From Myxococcota bacterium (GTDB taxonomy: Bacteria; Myxococcota_A; UBA796; GCA-2862545): a DNA stretch of 15,019 nucleotides. The position numbers and the translations under genes are program-made. The stretch spans positions 1 through 15,019 of the forward strand of contig JBCCQY010000192.1 of the NCBI GenBank assembly GCA_039208735.1, in the 5' to 3' direction. Below the pieces are notes generated by a model. It was not told the DNA's origin. It searched no databases and saw only the letters and a program-made list of their open reading frames with translations. This document shows positions 1 to 5,473 of this stretch, piece by piece (the first letter of the stretch is position 1; every line of letters starts with the position of its first letter).

Positions 1-25
1 ACATCATCAGACCAGTCCCCGGTCC

Positions 26-1312
26 GTGCATCGTAGACCTGCACAACCTCGTCGCCCGCCGGAAGCTCCGGCTCAACGCCCAGTCTTGATCACAACTCCA
101 ACCCAGGCGCTCGTCGACCAGCTCGCAGCGACGGTGTCGCAGCATTGTGGGCCAATGCGGGTGGGGCGCGCATACCAACATGCGTGGGAACTCGAAAGGG
201 ACCTGGTCGTGGCCTGCGTCGCGAGCCTGCCCCGAGTGCTCGAAGCCCGGTCGTCCTGGGCCTGCTGGATTGCCGATGAAGCCCACCGCATCGAAGGACC
301 CTCGACCCGCTTGGTCAGTCGGAAGCTTCAGTCTCAGGTGGCGGTGGGCTTTACTGCGACGCCATTTCGCGCGGATGACCGGGGGCTCCAAACCTGGGAC
401 CGCGTCGTGTACGCCTACACAAGCCACGATGCAGTGCGAGACGGGGTGCTCGTTCCGTTTCGGGTGGTGCGCGCCGAGGCAGCCGACGATGTCGACGACC
501 TGACCGAGCGATGGGTCCAGCAAGCCCAAGGGCCTGGCATCGTGTCGGCCCTCACGGTGGACGATGCCGAGGCGCTGGCGTCGCGGCTCGGCGCGCTGGC
601 GATTCACGGCCGGCAGTCCCAAGCCGAACGCCAACGTCGCATCAACGCGCTGCGTAGCGGTGCCGTGCCTTGTTTGGTTCACGTGCAGCTGCTCACCGAA
701 GGCGTCGACCTGCCCTGGTTGAAGTGGCTTGTGCTACGACGGCCCGTGAAGTCGCCCGTTCGGTTGGTGCAGGAGGTCGGCCGCGTGCTGCGATGTGCGC
801 CCGGCAAGACCGAGGCCGTGTTGTACGACCCGCACGACCTCCTCGGGCACATCGGATTGGTGCACGCGACCACGCTCGAGGACGTCCAGCGAGGCACCGC
901 GGAGTCCGAGGGACGGGATGTGGATGGCATGGGTCGGGGGTGGGAACTATCGAACGCCACGCCGGTTCATCCGCTTGCCGGGTGGGCGACCGATCTGCTT
1001 GGTGCACTCCGTGCGGCCAACATTGCCGACCCAGCGGAGGCACGCTGGTCGGGTGAAGCCGGGTGGCGGTATCGGCCGGTATCGGCGAAGCAAGCTCACA
1101 CCTTGGAACGGTGCCTTTGGGCGACGCAGTACCTGAAGTGGTCGCACAGCCGAACCGTCCGTGAACTCGCCCGAACGCGTGCCCTTCGCGCGGGTACCGC
1201 CTCGGAGCTGCTCGATGTGATGTTCGCGCTGGTCCGGCACCGGCGAAAGGTCGAATCAGAGCTGCTGCCGACCGTGCCGCGTCGTTCGAACCGAAGAGGT
1301 GCCCAGCGGTAG
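26..1312 (+). CDS. SF2 DExH-box helicase (SSL2/Irc3/phage-helicase-like), probably 5'-incomplete
   Basis: Motif Ia (VLITTPTQALVDQ), II (IADEAH), III (GFTATPFR), V (LLTEGVDLP), VI (QEVGRVLR). C-terminal W..RPVSAKQ...LRAGTASELLD segment. No Walker A in the window; the frame is open back to position 2, so the GTG at 26 is probably not the true start. Confidence 0.85.
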   Translation: MHRRPAQPRRPPEAPAQRPVLITTPTQALVDQLAATVSQHCGPMRVGRAYQHAWELERDLVVACVASLPRVLEARSSWACWIADEAHRIEGPSTRLVSRKLQSQVAVGFTATPFRADDRGLQTWDRVVYAYTSHDAVRDGVLVPFRVVRAEAADDVDDLTERWVQQAQGPGIVSALTVDDAEALASRLGALAIHGRQSQAERQRRINALRSGAVPCLVHVQLLTEGVDLPWLKWLVLRRPVKSPVRLVQEVGRVLRCAPGKTEAVLYDPHDLLGHIGLVHATTLEDVQRGTAESEGRDVDGMGRGWELSNATPVHPLAGWATDLLGALRAANIADPAEARWSGEAGWRYRPVSAKQAHTLERCLWATQYLKWSHSRTVRELARTRALRAGTASELLDVMFALVRHRRKVESELLPTVPRRSNRRGAQR

Positions 1313-1318
1313 CTCGGA

Positions 1319-1338
1319 TTCACAGTGGGTTCTGTGAA
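1319..1338. repeat. 7-bp inverted repeat just after the helicase stop (possible weak terminator or binding site)
   Basis: TTCACAG-tgggtt-CTGTGAA, 6 nt after the TAG at 1312. No U-tract. Confidence 0.35.
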
Positions 1339-1856
1339 CGGTGGGTCGTGACATGGGCGAGTTTCTGGCGACGAAGACGAACGCCCCCAACGACGGGTCA
1401 CGATGGCATCGTTCGCGGCGTACAGAACTGAGGTCACGCACGCCCAGCGGTGGGCAGAAATGCGTTCGGCGCTTCGGAACAGGCTCCGGCCCGGGGACCG
1501 GTCCTGCCCCAGAACTCGACGACTCGAATCCTTGATCCTTGTCGTGCGAAGCGCCAACGGGTCACAGCAAGACAACCCGCGCAACGTTGGTGAACCCGGG
1601 CTGGCGCCTTCACATAGCCTCCACGCCCAACTCCTAAGTTCTGAACCTCAATAGTCTTGGCGTGGTGGAGGGTGATGGCTCCCGGCAGGGTGATGCAGAT
1701 CCTGTGGTCCCAATTCGGGGGAGGTGCGCGGCCTCCAACGGACGCACACTCCATAACCTTGGTGAAAGAAGGACTTTCTCGTGGTGGAGGGCGTCGCAGG
1801 TTGGCACGCTCAACTAAGATATCGGGACGAGCCGATCGGGAAGGGAAGAGGCGGTT

Positions 1857-2174
1857 GTGGAATGGAAGGTGCGCGTCCTGCACGACATCATTGACCCTCT
1901 GGAGGACAACGTTGACGTCGAGGTCGAATTCTCCGACGGTCGACGTTTCGCCGCCACGTTCTTCACGCTGGCGTCCATTCGCCAGCTGATGCTTCGCTGG
2001 TCAAAGACTGGAGAGTGCGCTTCGGGCCTTTACTTCTGGTCGACTCACCCGATCGTCGTGCAAACGCTCTCACCGTCGGTCATCCACGAGGTGGTGGAAG
2101 ACCTCCTGACGAACGGCGAGTTTGAGCATGCATTCGAGTTGGTCGTTCGTGATGAAGCCCGGCTACCGCCATGA
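1857..2174 (+). CDS. Small acidic hypothetical protein (105 aa), immunity-protein-like
   Basis: GTG start after purine-rich GGAAGAGG. Globular-looking sequence with pattern DNVDVEV..DG.R..ATFFTL..I..LM.RW..TGEC..G.YFW, which I recall from small conserved bacterial hypothetical proteins. Function is inference. Confidence 0.75.
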   Translation: MEWKVRVLHDIIDPLEDNVDVEVEFSDGRRFAATFFTLASIRQLMLRWSKTGECASGLYFWSTHPIVVQTLSPSVIHEVVEDLLTNGEFEHAFELVVRDEARLPP

Positions 2175-2273
2175 TGTCGGTGGGCGGCTCTGCGCCAGGT
2201 TCCGTCATTCATTCCTAATGGTGGCCACAGATTTGTTGAAGGTCCATCGGTTCATGCCACCGAGCACCCGTCC

Positions 2274-3467
2274 TCAGTTCGATGAGCCATACGGTTCACT
2301 AGACGCCGAGGCCTGCTGGGCCGTGGCACGGATAAGCATGGCGAGCTGGTCGAGGTTTGCGGGGTCTTTTATCAGCGCCTGCACTGCGGGGTCGCGCAGG
2401 GCATCGACCAGGGCGGTACTCTGGCTCAACGTTCCAACGACCTCGGTCATCTCAGGTGGCACGGCATTCCCACCCAGCAGGACCCGAGCAGCCTCTCCTA
2501 CCTGATGGATGGCATCCCGAGCCAATTCGGTTCGGGTGTCGCGGTCCCGTTCCTCGGCATGGCGAGAAGCCGAGGCCGAGGCCTGCTGGAACCGATGCTC
2601 GAGGATGGATGCGACGAGCTGATCGACCTGGTCACGGCTTTCGGCGAGCTGGCGGTGTAGCCGGGCCGACATCTGGTTGTTGATTCCTTGCAGTTGGCCA
2701 ATGCTACCGAGCACGATCTGGCCCCACTGGGCATAGAAGTCGCCCAGTGCCTGGATACCCTTGGCGGCTCCCCGTTCCGCGGAGTGTTCGAAATCAGGTT
2801 CAGGCATGGTAACGCCCGTTTCATGGTTCACGATCTGCAGATCGATGTCCGCGTCGTGATTGCGACACACGAACTGGCCACTGTCGACCATCCGGTTGCC
2901 CTTGGGACCCCACGCCTTCACCCGAAAGCGGCGGTAGGCATCGCCTACGGTGCAGCGTGTTGCAATGTAGCGAATCCAGCGGCCGGCGGCTTCTGCGATT
3001 TCTGTGGACGTGGGTTCGGGACGGTCCACTGCGGCGGGCCAGTCTTCTTCTGGGCGGTCCAAGGAGGGCTCGCAGTATGGCAACGTCGCCTCGGCTGTGA
3101 AGTCGAGACGGCCGAGGGTCTCGTCCTGCTTCGGCGCCGTTCGGTCCTGGACCACGATGTACGAAATCTCGTCTGCGAGTCGGACGAGGCGGTGTTCGAT
3201 GGCGGTCAGCCCCTCGAACGAGAATCGATCACGGGACACGGTCCTCCTTCGTCTGTCGTTCATGAACAAGATCACCAGGCGACGCTCGTTCTCCCACCCC
3301 AACGAGCGCCCGAAACTGTCCGTGTACGCCATGTCGGCGTTCGCCGATCGAAACCCGGGCTGACCATCGCCGGTCAGTGGGGTGACCCCAATGCGCATCA
3401 CGCGTCTGGTCAGCTCCCCGACCGGCTGGCGTGCTGCATCGTCCGGAGGAGAACGACGCTGACCCAT
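2274..3467 (-). CDS. Hypothetical protein (up to 397 aa) with helical/coiled-coil C-terminal half
   Basis: Long ORF with natural amino-acid composition and heptad-like segment (LQGINNQMSARLHRQLAESRDQVDQLVASIL). Start uncertain: no clear SD at 3467, downstream Met at MAYTDSFG possible. Confidence 0.75.
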   Translation of the reverse strand: MGQRRSPPDDAARQPVGELTRRVMRIGVTPLTGDGQPGFRSANADMAYTDSFGRSLGWENERRLVILFMNDRRRRTVSRDRFSFEGLTAIEHRLVRLADEISYIVVQDRTAPKQDETLGRLDFTAEATLPYCEPSLDRPEEDWPAAVDRPEPTSTEIAEAAGRWIRYIATRCTVGDAYRRFRVKAWGPKGNRMVDSGQFVCRNHDADIDLQIVNHETGVTMPEPDFEHSAERGAAKGIQALGDFYAQWGQIVLGSIGQLQGINNQMSARLHRQLAESRDQVDQLVASILEHRFQQASASASRHAEERDRDTRTELARDAIHQVGEAARVLLGGNAVPPEMTEVVGTLSQSTALVDALRDPAVQALIKDPANLDQLAMLIRATAQQASASSEPYGSSN

Positions 3468-3473
3468 CCGTGG

Positions 3474-3873
3474 TCAACGCGCGAAGGCACGCACGACCGA
3501 CACTGACCACTTCGCCCCCCCATAGCCATTCGATTCGGTCATCGATTTCGCTGGTTTGAGCATGCCTCCCGAGCCATGAACCCTGAAGGACCGCAGCATA
3601 CCGGCTGCGGCAAGGAGGAGGACCATGCCCACCAAGAGTTCCACCACGGCATTGCAGGCTGCGATGAAGGGGGCTCAGCAGGAGCAGTGCACCGTCGCAA
3701 CGCATCATCATCCGCGCGAGCTGCTTGCGGAAGGCTTCACCAGGCTCGAGGGTCTGGTCGTCCCGCAACGGTTCGTGTCCAGCGTCGCGAAGTACAGGCT
3801 CGAGGCCCGTCAGCAGCGTCTGGCTGGTCTCTGAACCACGGGCGTAGCTAATGAAGATCCGGGCACCGAACAT
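3474..3873 (-). pseudogene. TIR-domain (TIR_2-like) gene, truncated or frameshifted after beta-C
   Basis: GGAGGAG SD 9 nt before ATG at 3873. RIFISYAR...L..AG.E..RDDQTLEPGEAF..QL...M.RCDGALLLLSP is a typical TIR N-terminal half. Similarity stops at a C5 run (plus strand G 3669-3673). The shifted frame reads FIAACNAVVELLVGMVLLLAAAG and ends at TGA 3476-3474. Confidence 0.7.
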
Positions 3874-4034
3874 GAGTTTCATCTCCTCCGCGTGCCCTGA
3901 ATGCCTCGAATGTGGATTCAATGGGGTCTGGGACCGAACTCGCACCGGAGGGCTGAAAGAGGCATCACCACAGGCTCGGCCAACGTGACCTGCCCGCGCA
4001 AGCGCGACGACGATTCACATTCACCGTGTGTGAA

Positions 4035-4103
4035 TTCAACCGGGTTTCAGGAAGCCTGCGCAGGCTTCCACATCCCGATTCGGTCTCAATCCGCCGAACG
4101 CGA
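4035..4103 (-). ncRNA. Candidate crRNA-like mini-element (degenerate repeat - short spacer - degenerate repeat)
   Basis: Minus strand: tCGC-GTTCG-GCGg stem then ATTGAGAC (array handle is ATTGAAAC), 26 nt, then GGCTTCctGAAACCCggTTGAA resembling the repeat core GGCTTCGAAACCC...ATTGAA. Speculative. Confidence 0.3.
4050..4069. repeat. Perfect 20-bp palindrome within a longer imperfect hairpin
   Basis: GGAAGCCTGCGCAGGCTTCC equals its own reverse complement. Flanks CGGG/CCCG and GAAT/ATTC extend pairing over about 4032-4081. Confidence 0.85.
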
Positions 4104-4415
4104 GCAGGACACGTAAGTTCACGGAGGAATGGACTCACTGAGCGCCGATTCGAACGATCAGGAGGATGAGACGGTCAGCAACGCTACGAGTGCTTCCTGG
4201 GCTCTACTTGCGACGGTCAGCTCCCGCGGAGGGCCGACGGCCTCTCAAATCTCACTGGCCGAGCACAGTCAGCAGCTTCCGACCGCTCAGCATGACCGTG
4301 ACTTCGGTCTCAGCGGTATTATTAGCGACCATCTCCTTTGCCGGAAGCTTGCCACCCTGATCGGCATGGCGGTTTGGAACGAGCGGGTTGTTCGAACTTG
4401 ATCAGTTGACCGGGT

Positions 4416-5381
4416 TTATCCCTGATTGGTCGCGTCGCCGTACCGTCGAATCAGCTTGCGATACTCGTCCACCATGCGCTGTCGCAGCCATGCTGGCTCC
4501 CGCACCTCGACTGCCGACCCCTGCCGCATCAGCCAACGTTCGAACGCGGTGTCCGGGTGGACCAACAGCTCGACAATGACCTCTCCTTTGCCCTCGGAGT
4601 CTCGCCGCTCGTAGCAGGGCAACGCGGTCCGCCGAATCGTCTCGCCGTCCCTGGCGGCGAAGGCCAAGGTCACCCACTCGGGACCACGGTCGTCGTGGAA
4701 CGCGCCGAAGCGACCACGGAACACGCGCCCAGGATCCCAGTCAGCCGGCCGCTCGAAGCTCGTTCGGAGCACATCGACCTCGCGGAAGCGATCGAGCCTC
4801 CACGCGTGGAACTCGTCGGGCGCCTGGTCGAGGTTGGGTCCCAGAACGTACAGCCGATCCCCTCGCCGGAAGAGGGACCAGGGGGCGATTCGGAACTCGA
4901 ACACGCCAGCGCCGTAGGGACCGTAGCGCGCGCGTAGGACCTTGCTCCGAAGTACGGCATCCAGCACTTCATGGAGGGCGACGCTGATTTCGGGAGCTTC
5001 CCGTGGGGACGGTTCGCGCACGAAGCGCTGGTCGAGGTCGCTATCCGTGAGCCCGAGGCGCAGGGTCGCCATTCGCCTAAGGTCTCCGAGGTGCGCCTCG
5101 GCAACGCCTCCGTGGACCTCGTCGAACAGCGTTGTGAGGATCACCCACACGGAAGTCTCCAGGCCCATTTTCACCGTAGCGCTGTTGCACTGCACGACCT
5201 TGTGTCGGCCCCGGCGAGACTCGATCAGCTCGAAACCTGCCTGGCGAAGGGCAGCAAGATCCCGCCGCAGGGTCGCCGGCGAGACGCAGAACTCTGCCCG
5301 AAGCTCGGCCAGGGTGAGCCCAGGCCCACGAATCCGTTCGACCAGCCTTAGGATTCGCAAAGCGTCCGAGTATCGGCTCAT
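4416..5381 (-). CDS. HTH-WYL-WCX transcriptional regulator (PafBC/YafY-like), CRISPR-associated
   Basis: N-terminal wHTH (LTLAELRAEFCVSPATLRRDLAAL), WYL core (IAPWSLFRRGDRLYVLG...WRLDRF), C-terminal WCX (WLMRQGSAVEVREPAWLR). AGGAG SD 8 nt upstream. Divergent from cas10d. Confidence 0.93.
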   Translation of the reverse strand: MSRYSDALRILRLVERIRGPGLTLAELRAEFCVSPATLRRDLAALRQAGFELIESRRGRHKVVQCNSATVKMGLETSVWVILTTLFDEVHGGVAEAHLGDLRRMATLRLGLTDSDLDQRFVREPSPREAPEISVALHEVLDAVLRSKVLRARYGPYGAGVFEFRIAPWSLFRRGDRLYVLGPNLDQAPDEFHAWRLDRFREVDVLRTSFERPADWDPGRVFRGRFGAFHDDRGPEWVTLAFAARDGETIRRTALPCYERRDSEGKGEVIVELLVHPDTAFERWLMRQGSAVEVREPAWLRQRMVDEYRKLIRRYGDATNQG

Positions 5382-5382
5382 C

Positions 5383-5409
5383 TTAATCGCTCCTATAATG
5401 AGCGATTAA
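5383..5409. promoter_or_regulatory. Palindromic operator candidate in the WYL/cas10d divergent promoter region
   Basis: TTAATCGCTC-ctataat-GAGCGATTAA: perfect 10-bp arms around a 7-nt spacer containing TATAAT (5394-5399). Overlaps the WYL SD (AGGAG, minus strand 5394-5390). Confidence 0.8.
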
Positions 5410-5473
5410 CAGATTTCACTTTTGGCATGTCGAATCTCTCGCCATAGATGCGTCTTGGCAAGCGGAGGTAGCG

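Noticed and set aside
1301..1451. 10-bp direct repeat GCCCAGCGGT at 1301 and 1442 as a target-site duplication
   Set aside because: GC-rich 10-mer with no terminal inverted repeats or transposase; compatible with chance.
2688..3506. 272-aa plus-strand ORF
   Set aside because: Antisense mirror of the 397-aa gene with shadow-frame composition.
3229..3668. In-frame continuation of the TIR ORF (238 aa in the track)
   Set aside because: Not protein-like after LSP and runs about 240 bp into the next gene.
4129..4401. Small plus-strand ORFs (90 aa and 64 aa) and a creT-like GGAGG-ATG-AGA-CGG start at 4161
   Set aside because: SD is 0-1 nt from the ATG, there is only one AGA codon and no short stop/hairpin, and no recognisable protein features.
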